A stretch of 64,000 nucleotides of DNA from Thecamonas trahens ATCC 50062 (taxonomy: Eukaryota; Protista; Apusomonadida): NCBI RefSeq assembly GCF_000142905.1, contig NW_013657641.1, forward strand, positions 130,907-194,906, in the 5' to 3' direction. Shown here piece after piece: positions 1-12,422 of the stretch (positions within the stretch are counted from its first letter, which is position 1; every line of letters starts with the position of its first letter). The translations under genes and the position numbers were made by a program. The notes under the pieces are model-generated. The model searched no databases. It had not been told where the DNA came from and worked only from the letters and a program-made list of their open reading frames with translations.

Positions 1-1771
1 CTGCGTGTCATGGACTTGATGGCCTGGCGCGTCTTCTGGAACGACGTTATGATGTAGTGCGCGAGGACGCACTCGATCCTGGTCACTAGCATCGTCGCGT
101 TTCCGGCGCTGAGGGCTTTGGCCATGTCATCGTGAAGTTTCTCCACCACGAGAACGGCCCAATCGGCGTCAGAGACCTCAGCATTGAGGAACGCAGCATC
201 GGCTTCTTTTTGGCCGTCGTGCGCTTGCCATTGAGCGCGAGCATGTTGCGTCGAGCATCACAAAGCTGGATGGACGTCTGCCTCCGGCCGCACTCAAAGT
301 TGTGGAGGCTCATGATGCCGATCAAGTACGAAATGGCCGGACGCATGGCGTCGCCCACGATGCGGCTGGCAGCAACCGTGAGCATCTCCGTGACATACTT
401 TTGGTACACTTTGGGCCGCGTGAAGAACTCATTGAGCCACTTCCGCTGCTGGATCATAGCGTTGTAAGTCGCCATGTCGAGCTGGCCAAAGCCCTTATGC
501 TTCAAACCCGCCATCGTGTGATCGTACAGCACAAGTGCAGTGTTCGGCATGACCATGGCCTTGTCCGCAAGAGCCTGGCGGTACGCCACGACGTCGGCGG
601 CATAGGCCGTCGTTGTGATGGCATCGTCCGTGACCTTATCGCGGATGTGGTGGACAAACTGATCGAGCGCCTGGCGCTCGATCGCCTCACCTGGCGCGCT
701 TCCCATCGCGTCAAAGTAGTTGACAAAGACCGGCGCGCAGAACGGGTCCTTCGAGTGCGCCATGAGCATGTTCACCACTTTATCGATGCTGGCCTCGCTT
801 GCCCCGCGCTTCGAGGCGAGGATTACCACATCGACGTCCTTCACCGCGCTCGCCGCCATGTTGTCGTCGGCTGCAGTCATAAATCCGGGAATGTCGACGA
901 CGTGCACTTTGGGGCCAGTCGCCCACGGCCCAAACACAAAGATCCGCTTCTCTGCGTCTTGCCCATCGGGCGCCCCGTATTCGGCCGACCACTCAACTAG
1001 CACCTTCGGCAGCAAGTAGTACTCAGCGCGCATCACATCATGCGAATCGAGCAGCGTGTTGCCGTCCCAGCACTCGAGTCGAAAGTTGTACCCCTCGCGG
1101 TACTTGAGGACCGTGACGAGCTTGGAGACCGAAGTTGCGCCTGCGCCCGCATTTAGCGGCCACTTGCCCACTTGCCCCGTCCCAAGCTTGTACAGCTCTT
1201 CCAGAGTCTGGTCTTCGCCTTCGAGCGCGGCGATGATGTCGCTGACTTCATATTCCTCGACCTTGTACTTCTCCACCTTGGCAAGAAGTGGAAGCGGCGA
1301 CACGAGCTCGTTCACGAGGGTCGTCTTACCCAGCCCCGCCTCACCAACAACCGCGATTGTCACCGTCACCGCATCATACTTGTCAGCATTCTTGTGGTAC
1401 TCGCTCTTGAGCTTGTTAAACTTGCTGGTCTCCTTGTCGCCAAGCGGTCCTAAGGCCTCCTCCTCCTTGGCCACCAACCTGTCGCGCGCGCGAAACGCAT
1501 CTGACACCTTTGGCATCACAGACTTGTTCTTCTTCGCAGAGCTTGGCCCAGCGCCGACTGCTTCGGATCCCCACACCCGCTTCCGCCGGCACTTGCGCGC
1601 GGACCGCCGACTTTGCGACGTTGTTGCCGTCGTCGTGGTCGACCCGCGCGGTGGCTCCCAGTCGTCGTCGTTGCTCAGGCCTACCAGCATGTGTGAGTGT
1701 GAGGGTGCACGGTGGGAGGAAGGGGAAGGGGAGAGAAGGGGACAGAGAAACGCACGCATATGGGTTGGCAT
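1..1771 (-). CDS. Dynamin-like P-loop GTPase (Dynamin_N/SLIP-GC-like); runs off the left edge of the window
   Basis: G1 motif VVGEAGLGKTT, G3 motif VVDIPG and a degenerate G4 (NYFD), followed by a helical C-terminal part. Probable in-frame intron 1681-1755 (GTGCGT...ACTCAC...TAG). After a frameshift at the A-run near 207-211 the protein continues KEADAAFLNAEVSDADWAVLVVEKLHDDMAKAL... to position 1. Confidence 0.65.
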
Positions 1772-2246
1772 GCTTTCCGGACTGCAAGTCGAGTGTGCGT
1801 GGCTACGATGACCGTTGTGTTCCTTGTAGAGTCGACTGATGTTAATGCTCCAGTGGCTAAAGGGTACACAAAACGTCGCACCCGACGTTCCACTTTTTTT
1901 TCTGCGAATACGGCGCGACCAGCCTAGGCCCCCTACCTCCCCCTATCCCCCCCCCATCTACACCTGTGCATGCAGGCGCCAAGTACGTTGTGGGTCAATC
2001 CCCCCCCCCCCCCCCCCCCCCATGGACTGCTGCAACATCTTGGGCATTGGAAAAAGAAGCATGCCATCCGATTGCCCAACGATTCCGTCGGTGTCACCGA
2101 ACACGCTCACCGGTCTTCCATCGAGTCGCACTCGGCAGACGAACCGGCGTCGAGACGACGGCAGACCTGACCCCCTCCCCCCCCTTGTTCGGACAAGCTC
2201 CAACGGGCGTTGTCTGCGGAGGAGAAGGACAAAATTCGGCAACAAG

Positions 2247-5101
2247 ATGGAGGAGATGCTCAAGATGCTCCAGGCGGCGTATGGAACCAAGTTGAGAGGT
2301 GCTACGGAGAGGAAGTCGCTGCTGCGTAACGTGGCTGGAGGCGAGGTTGGCCAGGTGGTGGCCAACCGGGTGGGACTGCACGCAAGCGGCTTTTTCGGCG
2401 AACACAAGACACATCATTATCACACACTCGCGCCCGAGGCCTTGGCCCTTCTTGCGCCGGGCGAACATGTGACCTTGCTCATGTGCTGTAATTGCCACGC
2501 CTTTGCTCGCTTCCGAATCGTGCCCTCGCCCTCGCCCGATCCATGTCCGCATCCTGCACATCACTACCACTACGCCGAGATGGACGAGGTGGCAGACGGC
2601 GAGTGGTCGACGGGCGCGGTGCCCGACCTGGGTGCTGCATGCTGCGGATGTTCACGGTCTGTCGATGTGGTTGTCTCGCGCCCGGTCGTGCCGCGCGAGG
2701 TGCTCAAGGCTGTGCGGATGGAAGCGGCCGGACACAGCGAGCTGGTCGACACTGCCTACAACACACTCGGCATGTACATGTCCAAGCTTGCGTCGGGCGA
2801 CGGCAAGGGCAAGCGCATCAACTCACAAAACAAGGGCTACCTCCGCCGGCTCGGTGCTCTCCCGTCGACCAGCGACGTCCTCGCTGCCGTCGGCTTTGTC
2901 CTTGCCGCCGACGGCTTTTGGGATCCGCCAGACCCGGACGACCCAGATGTGCTCTACACGCTCACCATGGCGCGAGTGGAGATGGCGTTTGAGGCCTCGC
3001 ACACACTCTCGGTGGCCGAGATGACGGCCGGCCGGCTCGCACTTGATCCAACCGATGCCACCGGCCTCATCCGCGACGCGCTCTGTGGCGACAAGTCGCG
3101 GCTCCTGCACGCCCGCGGGAAGGAAGCCAGCTTTTTGCAGACCATGCGGCCGCTCGCGGCTTCGTTTGTTGCCATCGGGCTCGCCACATCGGCGTCCGAC
3201 GAGGCTATTGTTTGGGCGGCGCAGCTCGCCATTGACGAGGCCCGCGAGCGAACGCTCGACGTGCTGGATGCGATCAAGACGCTCCAGGCGGCACGCAACT
3301 CGCCAGCCCTCACCGACAACTATCGCCGCCTGCTGCGCGAGAACGGGAGCGCCATCCAAGAGCTGACTGGGCTGGGCGAGCTCGGACTGGAGTTCAGCGC
3401 GAGCGACGACCACGTGGTGGCCACGTACTACAGCAAGCGCGAAAAGGCACCGCACCTTGCACACCACCTCAAAAAGGCAGCTACAATGGTGGCACGCGGA
3501 CGGCCCGAGTCAGCCACGCTGAGTAACCTGGTCGAGACGCTGGATCTACCATCGCCGACGGCGCGGCGCAGCTCGCACACGGCATCGGCCGAGATGACCG
3601 AGGAGGAGCAGGTCCAAGCCGCGATTCTCGAGTCGCAGCGGGCGAGCGCCTTCCTGCGGTCGCCGGGCCCGGAACCCTCCTCGCCTCTACCGTCGCCGTC
3701 GTCGCACCTGGAGCGGGCGGCGTTTGCACTGCGGCTGGAGAGTCGCGCGGGGCTCGGCCTCCCATGTGGCTTGCTCAACATCGGGCAGACATGCTACTTT
3801 AACTCGCTCATCCAGGCCCTGTTTGCTTTTCAACCGTTCCGACTGGCCATCCTCGCTGCACCTGCGCCTGGCTGCACCCCCAGCGACGAACAGAGCGGAA
3901 GCGAGCACGTGGCGGCATTTGTGGCTGCATTACAGGAGCTGTTTGCTTACATGGCACTCGGCAAGGCCAAGACGTACAACTCATCCAAGCTCATGGCCGC
4001 GCTCCGGCACGAGTCGGGTGCGCCGGTCAGGGTCGGCCTCCAGGAGGACGTCGCCGAGTACATCAACGTATTCCTCGAGCAGGCGAAGGCCGCGTTTGCG
4101 AGTGCAGATGCCGAGGCGCCCAACCCGGTGACAGAGCTCTTCTACGGCGAGCTTGCCCAGGTACTGGCCTACTCTCAGACAGACGAGGCGGGGCCGGTCC
4201 CGCAGCCAGCCACCTCGGTGCCGTTCAACCGGCTCATCCTCGACGTTGACGCTGGATCGATGCATGCCGCGCTCGATGCGTACACGGCACCGACGCAAGT
4301 ATTTTTACCCCCCAGAACGCAGACGCGCAAGTGGCAGCAACCAAGACGACCCGGCTGGCGTCGGCGCCGCCGGCACTCATCCTTCAGGTCTCACGTGTCG
4401 TTTTCTCGCCGGCCACTCAGGCCGGGATCAAGATCGACGACCCATTCGAGTTTCCCGACAAGCTGTTCCTTGACCGGTACCTCGCGGAGAATGCAGAGAG
4501 GGTGGCTGAACTGGCCGAGCACGACGCTTTGCTTGCGGCGCGCATCGACGAGCTGGCGCACGAGCTGGTCCCTGGCACCGAGTTTGACGCACTCTCAGCG
4601 TCGATGGCGCTCCTGAAGAGCCATTCACCGCCCGGCGCGGTCGCAGCTGCCGAAACGCTCTCGCAGCTCCGCAGCAGCCTGGAGGCACGCAACAGGCTGA
4701 TCGCAGAGCAGACTGCAGCGATCAAGGCCGAGCGCGAAGCGCTGTTCTCCGAGCTCGACAAGACAGCATACGTCCTGCACGCAGTGCTTGTGCACGACGG
4801 CTACGCCTCGTCGGGTCACTACTATGCTTACGTGCGCCAAAACCCAGACGGCTCGACCTGGTTCCGACTCGACGACGCCACAGTCTCGATGACAACCGCG
4901 GCCGAGGTGTGGAAGCACGCGACTGGCGGGCACAAGCAGGCTTCTGGCTACTGCTTTATGTACGTCAAGGCCGAGGCGGCCGCAGCCGCGAGTGTAGTCT
5001 CGGATCCTGTCATGGCCGAGCTTCCCGAGCGGGCCGCCGCCGCGGCGAGGCACCGCAACACCGTCGACGCGAGCAACACGCGACTGTTCCCGCAGAGCTA
5101 A
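2247..5101 (+). CDS. Ubiquitin carboxyl-terminal hydrolase, Ubp2/USP25-28-like (PUB-like + RPT repeats + UIM + USP)
   Basis: Cys box GLLNIGQTCYFNSLIQ, QEDVAE, His box YVLHAVLVHDGYASSGHYYAYV and WFRLDD; UIM MTEEEQVQAAILES. ORFs 1839-4616 and 4331-5101 join by a frameshift at the T5/C6 run 4302-4313. The true N-terminus is uncertain (possible exon starting at 1970 with a GTACGT donor at 1983). Confidence 0.88.
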
Positions 5102-5123
5102 ACACCACCTCTGGTCCCTCTTT

Positions 5124-5867
5124 CTACAAGATGCGATGCGCGAGTGCGGCGCGGCAAAACGCGATGTCGGCTTCAAGACCCGCAGCGACATCGGCCGGGA
5201 GTTGATCGAGGTGGACAGCGAGCACATGGTCGAGCACTCTTCCCAGCCTCCGCTGAGTCCACATCAGCGTTCTCCTGGCAAAACCATCCACATCCAGCGC
5301 GGCCTCGGCCGGTACTTCCCCAACGCTGGCCTCGACCCCCACCTCTTCATCGGACGCCTCCTCGCCATTGGCGAGCACAGCGTTGACGACGGCAACATCC
5401 TTGTGCGCGAGATCGAGCACATGCGCCATAGTATCGACCGCCGCACACGGATAAGGAACAGGGTGGGCCGGACAGAGGTACGCCCTCTTCGCCCTTGCTC
5501 TGCTGTAGCCGGCAGCACCAGTTCCATCACCAGCATCATCACCAGCTTCATCACCAGCTTCATCACCACCACCACCACCATCATCATCATCAACGTTGGC
5601 GATCGCGGCGGTGGTTAGCCGCGGACACGTGTCGTGCGAGCAGAGACCATCCGAGTCAACGACGACTGCCGACACCTTTTGCGCCAACATGGCGACAAGG
5701 GCAAGTGCCAGCTGTGTCCCACCGGACACGCCATGCTCATCATGGCCGTCCTGGTCAGAGTGGTCGCCACTGACGGCGGCCTCGGCCCGGGCAATGACCG
5801 TCTGGGCATCTTCACCGGCAGACAGCCCCGCCTGTAGGACTCGGCGGGCAGTCTGTCCCACGTCACC

Positions 5868-5870
<3 letters not shown>
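5124..5870 (-). CDS. Hypothetical protein (248 aa) with an acidic low-complexity insert
   Basis: ATG directly follows a (CA)n tract; composition is protein-like and helical; the stop converges with the USP gene. No recognisable domain. Confidence 0.6.

Positions 5871-5934
<64 letters not shown>
5871..5934. repeat. (GT)32 microsatellite
   Basis: Perfect dinucleotide run abutting the ATG at 5870. Confidence 0.97.
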
Positions 5935-5936
<2 letters not shown>

Positions 5937-6107
5937 TGGGGTGGTGGTGAGTGGTGAGGGGGGAGGGGGAAGCGGGAGGACGGGTCAGGGGTCGGTTGAC
6001 AGGCGGGTCGGTGCGGCCAGCCAGGGGGGGGGGGTGACGGCAACACAAAGGAGACGGGGGGACTGGCGGATTTAAATCCACGCACAGGAGACGGCAGACA
6101 ACGCAAA

Positions 6108-9100
6108 CTAAGATTTCAAGTCCGATCCCAAGCCCGGACCCGGACCCGAGCCCGGGCCCGGACCCGAGCTCGAGTGCACACCCGAGGCCGAGCCCGGACC
6201 CGAGGCCGAGCCTGAACCCGAGCTCGAGTCCACACCCGAGCTTGTGCCCGATCCTGATCCCGAACCCGAGCCGAGGCTCGAATCCGAGGCGGCAGTCGGC
6301 GACGCTGCAGAGGCGGCTGGTAGACCCGAGGCAATGGGTCCACCCGAAGATGATGACGCGGCGGACGATCCGAAGGCGAGCGGCGAGGCGGTGCGGACAC
6401 GAGTTTGCTGCGCCTTACCGCCGCCGTCGATCTTCTTGCCCTTGCGCGGCATGGTTCGACCTCCCTTGCGCGCCAGGTTCTTGAAGGCGAGGGCGTGGAG
6501 CGAGGACTTGGGCCGCTTCTTGCGGACCGAAATCTGGCGGCGTTTCGCGCCCGGACTGGTAGCGGCGGCCATACCGATCTCGGAGCTCGCCCAGAACTCT
6601 TGGGTCGACGATTGGCGGGCAAGAAAGCCAGCCTGGTGCGTGTCGGACGAGCTGGACGAGCTTTCGGCAGCATCACCCACAGAGTCCGAGCCCGAGTTCG
6701 ACGCCGATGCGGAGATCGGGTACGATGATGACGAGCTGCTACTTGACGAGGCCTCATCGGCTGTGTCGCCGTTGGGCTCGTAGATCTGGCCCGACTCGTG
6801 CCGGTCGAGGGCGGCCAGCCGCGCCTTGACCCGTGAGCTGCGCGAGAGGAGTGAGCGGCGGAGATCCAAGGACGAGGTGGTAAGCGCAGTGTCGCCAGGA
6901 ATCTCGGCGGGGGCGCGATGGCGCGTGCGCGGCGCGCGTGACGCCCGCGACTTGAGCGGCGGCTTCTCATCGATGATGACAAGCGAGGCTGTCGACGACA
7001 TCGACGAGAGGCCAGACTCGGTACCGTTGGGCGAGTGCTCCGACGACGAGACATCCTCAGCTGCAGTCATCAAGTACGACGATGTGTAGGACGATGTCGA
7101 GCTTGACGAACTGGACGAGCTGGACGAACTGGACATGTCACGGACCGAGTCGCGCGACGGCAGCGAGGAACGGCGAAACTCGGCCGAGTTGTTCGGCCGG
7201 AGGCGAATCTGCGGCACGTTCTTCGCTCCTTGGCGCGATGAGCCGGCAATGTCCGAGCGACTCTCCGAGATCGCGGACATGCTGTCGGAGCCGGTGTCTC
7301 TCATCATGGAGCGCGTTCTGTTGAGCGAAAGCGAGACGACGGATGCCCCACGCTTACCGGAGCGGCGGGCGCGGGCAAAGCGCGTGGCAAACTGGTTGTC
7401 AGCGTTCTTGCGCGCAAGCGAGAAGACCGGCGACGTGACGACGTTTTCGGGGATCGGTGCCGGCACAATGTGGTGGACGCACGAGCTGATGCCGACGCCC
7501 GACGCCACAAATACACCATCCTTGAGCGAGACGACCCGGATCGGCGGCGGGAGCTCGATGACCTGGACAAGCGCGCCGTTGCGGGCCGACCGGACCTCGA
7601 TGAAAGTTGCGGCGATGCCGAGAACGTAGTAGTCGATAGCGGCAAATGTGTGCGGCATGCAGGTCCACGCAAAAGTGACACGCGGGAGTGCGAGCTTTCC
7701 TGTGGCCGCCACTGCAAGCGCACCGTGCATGTTCTGCATGAGCGCCAGATGCGAGCCAGGCCCATCCAGCGAGACGTCAAGTACAGCGCCAGTGGCAACA
7801 CGTGACTCACAAACCTCGAGAACAACCGAGCTCCCGGTTTCTGGATCGACTGTCACCAGCGAGTCTTCGAGAACGAGCGCAAGCTCGCCACCGATGCGGA
7901 AGTTCATCGAGACCGGCGGCGCGGCGAGCGCTACCGAGAAATGATGCGGAACCCACTCCTGGTTGCGCCAGTTGAAGAGCTTGACGGCCGACCGCAGCGC
8001 AACGGCGAGCCGGTAGCTGGACCCGACCTTGGCCACCGCAATGGCTGACGCACGCTTGGTCCCCGGAACGCCACGCATCATCCACTCGCCAATCGAGTCG
8101 AGGAAGAGGAACGAGACCTTGAGGCGCGGGTTTGAGAAGCGGAGGATACACAGCTTGATGTCGGCGATGACCACAATCTGGGCCGCCGGCTCGCTCGCAA
8201 ATTGGACCGGCGGCGCGGCCGATGCATCGGCGAGATACACCGCCTTGGCATCCGAGTACACGTACTTGACATCCCAGTGGTCCCATGCAGTCACGTGCGA
8301 GCCGATGTTCTCGATGACCGAAGCAACGTCAAAGACCGCGAGGGCGTCAAAGCTTTCAGCGAGCGGCGGGACTGCGCTGCGGCGCGGCCCGGTCTCGCTC
8401 GGCTTGTGCTCGGCCGGGATGAGCGAGGCGATGAGCGAGGCGGCGACACCGGCCGACGGGCCGGTCTCAAAGCCGGTCACCTTAGACTTGACCTTGTCGT
8501 AAATGGCGTCGAGAAGGATTTGATCGGTCCGTTTGGCCTTGAGAGCAAAGTCGGGTGCGGTGGTGAGCGCCGACGAGATGCCGTTGAGCATGTTGGTGAG
8601 GAGGGCGTGGGCAAAGGCTGGCGAGGCCGGAAACGCGTCGGTAGCGAGAAGCGGGCCGAACGAGTTCATGACGGCCTGGTGGGTAAACTGGACACGGTAG
8701 ATGCCATTGTTGGCCTCATCGGGCTGGACGACAGCGTAGACGTGAAGAAATTGGCACTTGATAGTGTCGGGTGCATACGGGGTGGTGCCGTCGACAAAGA
8801 CAATGGCGGAGATGTCGTTGCCGATGTGGCGCTTGCGCTGGACAAACTGGCCTGAATCCTCACGGTCATGCGGAAGCATGGTCGAGACGTGGAACATGAT
8901 GTCCTTGTCTTGGACGCGGGCGTAGACCGACGACGTGCCGGTCCCGCCATCAACTGTGTCGAGGCCAGCGCGGAAGCCGTCCCAGCCCGAGAGCTCGACA
9001 CGTGTTCCGAGCATGTTGAGGAACGACTCAAAGGCAAAGTCGGCCCCGTTGGGCTCATCGACGTCATTGGCAAGCATGTCGGCCTCATCAGTCTGGCCCT

Positions 9101-10241
9101 GGCGAGCGTAGACAAGGCCAATCTTGGCGTGGGTCTTAAAGTGCGAATCTTCCAGACCGACGAGGGCGGCGACCATGCCCGGGCCAACCACGCATTTGAA
9201 CTTACTGCGCTTCTTAAAGAGGCCCGACGGATCATAGGTGGCAAGCACGTAGCGTAGGTCTTTCTTGAACGTCTTGAACCCGTCGGGCGCATGGAGGACA
9301 AACGGCTGGGTCTCGGTCCGCGACCACACAATTGCGCGAATGTCGCAGTTGGCCTTGCCGCCGGCGCTAGAGCGCATGACCGAGACCACGTGGACGCCCA
9401 GCTTGGAGCCGAGATCGGCGATAAAGTTAGCGTGTGGTGCGTCGAGAAAGTACTTGCGGTACCAGCCGAGCAGGGCCTTGGGGTTCTCCTCGACCACGTT
9501 GTAAGCCGTGCACTGAAAGTCTGAGTCGGACGCCGGGGGCAGCGGCGCCTGAACACGCCAGCCCTTGGCTGGAGCAACAACGTTCGCCGGCGGAACCGGC
9601 GTCGAGGCGGTCGACAGCTTGCGCCGCGGAGTCGTGACGATTGACATGCCCTCATCGCTTGTCCGCGGCGTGTGTGGAAGGCCACGCATGGCAACCCTGA
9701 GGATGGCGATCCAGCGGGCGGCGTCGGCTTTGGTGGCGGCTGCAGCAACAATCTCAGCCTCAGACTCGACAAAGTGGGCGATGGTGCCTCCGGGAGCTTC
9801 GGACGCCTCGTCGCACTCGATGCTCGCGTTGGCGAGGGCCAAACGAAAGGCACAGTCCTTGTGTTTGGTCTTTCCACCCTGCGGCCGGCCGACGATGGCG
9901 GTCACGCTGTAGTCTGGCATGTGGACGAGTATGTCGCTGCCGATATCTGAGCTCTTTGTGGGCGCCAGCCTCAGAATGGAGCCTCTGAGAAAGGCATCAC
10001 ACTTTTTCCTGTTGGACGAGATGCGTTGGATGGGTGAGTCGAGTTTGGGTGATGATGATGGGGGTGAGTGGTGATGATAGTGGGTGGTGATGATGGTGGT
10101 GGTGGGTGGTGAGTGTGAGTGGTGATGATGGCGATTGTTGCGGTGGGCTATCCCCTCCCCCTTCTTCCCCTCTCCCCTGCTTCCTTACCATGTGGTGAAG
10201 AGGCCACTGGTCTTGACAAAGAGCGTTCCCGAGGCCTGCAT
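6108..10241 (-). CDS. PH + Rap/Ran-GAP + CNH domain protein (GARNL3-like) with a Ser/Gly-rich tail
   Basis: RapGAP motifs [24 protein letters not shown] and QRKRHIGND; CNH-like region ([13 protein letters not shown]). Exon 1 (10241-10189, [18 protein letters not shown]) splices through intron 10009-10188 to [12 protein letters not shown]..., completing a PH domain that ends in RWIAILR. Confidence 0.85.
10009..10188 (-). other. Spliceosomal intron (phase 2) in the PH-RapGAP gene
   Basis: GTAAGG donor, ACTCAC at 10034-10039, CAG acceptor; splicing restores the Trp codon and the PH-domain frame. Confidence 0.85.
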
Positions 10242-10846
10242 GCAAGGTCGGGAAATCTGGTCTGTCTCGCCTGTTCTTGTCGGCTTGTCGCGTCTCGCGT
10301 GTCGCGTGTTCCTGTTCCTGGTCCGATCTCCTGTCCTTGGTCCTGGCCCTGTTCCTGTCGCTCTATTGGTTTCCAACTAGCCGAGGAAGGGGATGTGGTT
10401 GATGGTGACGGGCTTGTCTGTGGGTGGCTTCACGACCTGCAACTCTCCCTGTCCGCTCGCCTACTTCCACAGCAATGTCCTTCCCTTGCTCACTGGCTCT
10501 CTCGCTCACTCACTCTCACTCTCACTCTCTCTCTCTCTCTCACACACTCTCTTTACAGACGGCGTGGAGTGCTTGGGCTCCAGAACCCTCAACCCGCTCG
10601 CCCAGTTGCCTGAATCGTGGTGAGCTGCGGAACAATGGCGGTGAATGACACTCTCTGCAGAACATTTTGGGGAGCGGGAGAGAGAACAAAGCCGTTTGAG
10701 TCTCCAGGAAAGCGTTTGTTTAGGGCAAAAAATAGGTGTGGTCACGGTACAAGTCGGCTTGGTGCGTGTGTGCTTCTTGAGTGTAGCCGACAGCGCCAGA
10801 GGAGCGCGTGCGTGTGCGGAGGATTCAGTTTTACGATTGGGGGCGA

Positions 10847-12117
10847 CTACGCGAGGAGAGCGAGGACGACGGCAACAACGACGGCGGCAGCGGTGGCGAC
10901 GGCCTTGGGCGCGACGGTGGCGGCAGCGGAGCGGATGATGGAGGAGACCGGGGTGCCACGAACGCCCGAGCCGACCTCGTTTTCCTTATAGCGGTCGACC
11001 GGGGTGCAGCGGCGCGGTTCAGCCGACGACTCGGAGATGGCGGCAAAGACATTGCCGGAGCTCTTGCACTCGAGCTTGTAGGCTGCAAGAGTCTGTTCGA
11101 TGTTGACGAGACCAGACTCGCCGGCGTTGTAGTAGCAGCAGTAGAGGTCGGCCATGGCCTGGGCAAAGGCGGCGGCGTTGCCGCCGGCAGCGGTGTACGC
11201 ATCCCATGGGAGGGCAAAGCCGGCGGTCGGGAACGTGGTCGACGAAGACGTGGGAATGTTCGAGCCGAGCCGCTGGGCCTTGACCAGATGGGTGTCACAC
11301 GCAATGGGCGAAAAACGCCGGGCAAAGCACTTGTTCTCCGAGCCGGCGCAGGTGCAAACGCCATTACCGCAGACGGAAGACGACGCGCAGAGCTTGTTGA
11401 CGACGTTGCGGCAGACACGGGTGGTGCCGATGGTGTCGGATCCGACGCAAACATGTCCGGTCTTGCAGTTGAGGTCGCCATCCGGGCATTCCTCGCCCTC
11501 TCCGCGCTCGAGGTAGGACTGCAGGCAGACGCTGTACACGCCGTTGCTCCCACACTTGTGCGACGAGCACTCATCGTTGCTAGTGCAATTGGCCCCACCG
11601 GCCTTGGAGAACTCGGGAATGCAGACCGAGCCTGACTTGTCACACACGCCCGACTCGCAGTCCGAGTTTGTGGTGCACGCTGCTCCGTCGGCCACCAGAG
11701 CGGCGGTGCACTCCTTGACGCCGGTCCCTGCGTTCGTGACGCAAAAGTTGGGCTCGGCACAGTCCTCGATGGCATTGCAAACAGTGCCAAGCGCAGAGCC
11801 GGCACACGTGCCGCCGACACACGAGCCCGAGCGGCACTGCAAGTCGATGACACAGGCCACACCCGGGCGGAGGTTCTTGGGCCGGCACACATTCTCCGAC
11901 GCGGTCCGGTTGACATTGTAATCACAGACGGTGTCCGAAGCCGCGCACAGCAGCCCAGGCAGTGTACGAGTGCAGCCAGTGCAACCAACACCCAGCTGGC
12001 CTCTCTCACAACGGTTGTTGATGCAGCTGCCCTCCAGACACTGCTTCAAGCACGACGAGAAGACCGACGAGCAAGCAGCACCGAGTTCTCCCGTGGACGA
12101 CACGGACTCGCACCGTC
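10847..12117 (-). CDS. Cysteine-rich surface protein with a hydrophobic C-terminus (GPI signal or TM); exon 2 only, exon 1 probably at or in the N gap
   Basis: Many regularly spaced Cys (GxxCxxxxxC repeats); C-terminus ...AAAVVVAVVLALLA. Acceptor CAG ends at 12118, with ACTCAC at 12142-12147. Paralogous to 28237-29904. Confidence 0.8.
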
Positions 12118-12244
12118 CTGTACGCCAACATGCGTGGTAACGTGAGTTAGGGGAGAGACATGGGTGGTGGTGATGGTGGTGGCTATTGGGGGGGGGGGGG
12201 GGAGGGGGGGGGGGTACGGACGTACGTAGGTTGGGTTTGGGTTT

Positions 12245-12344
12245 NNNNNNNNNNNNNNNNNNNNNNNNNNNNNNNNNNNNNNNNNNNNNNNNNNNNNNNN
12301 NNNNNNNNNNNNNNNNNNNNNNNNNNNNNNNNNNNNNNNNNNNN
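12245..12344. other. Assembly gap (100 N)
   Basis: N run next to poly-G and poly-C tracts. Confidence 1.
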
Positions 12345-12422
12345 CCCCCCCCCTCCCCCCTCCCTCCCCCCCCCACCGTCACCGTTACGGCCACGGCCAC
12401 GACCACGGCCACACGACTCGAC

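Noticed and set aside
1970-2246. Exact first exon and intron of the USP gene
   Set aside because: A GTACGT donor at 1983 is present, but no acceptor restores the frame without assuming further errors, so it is left unresolved.
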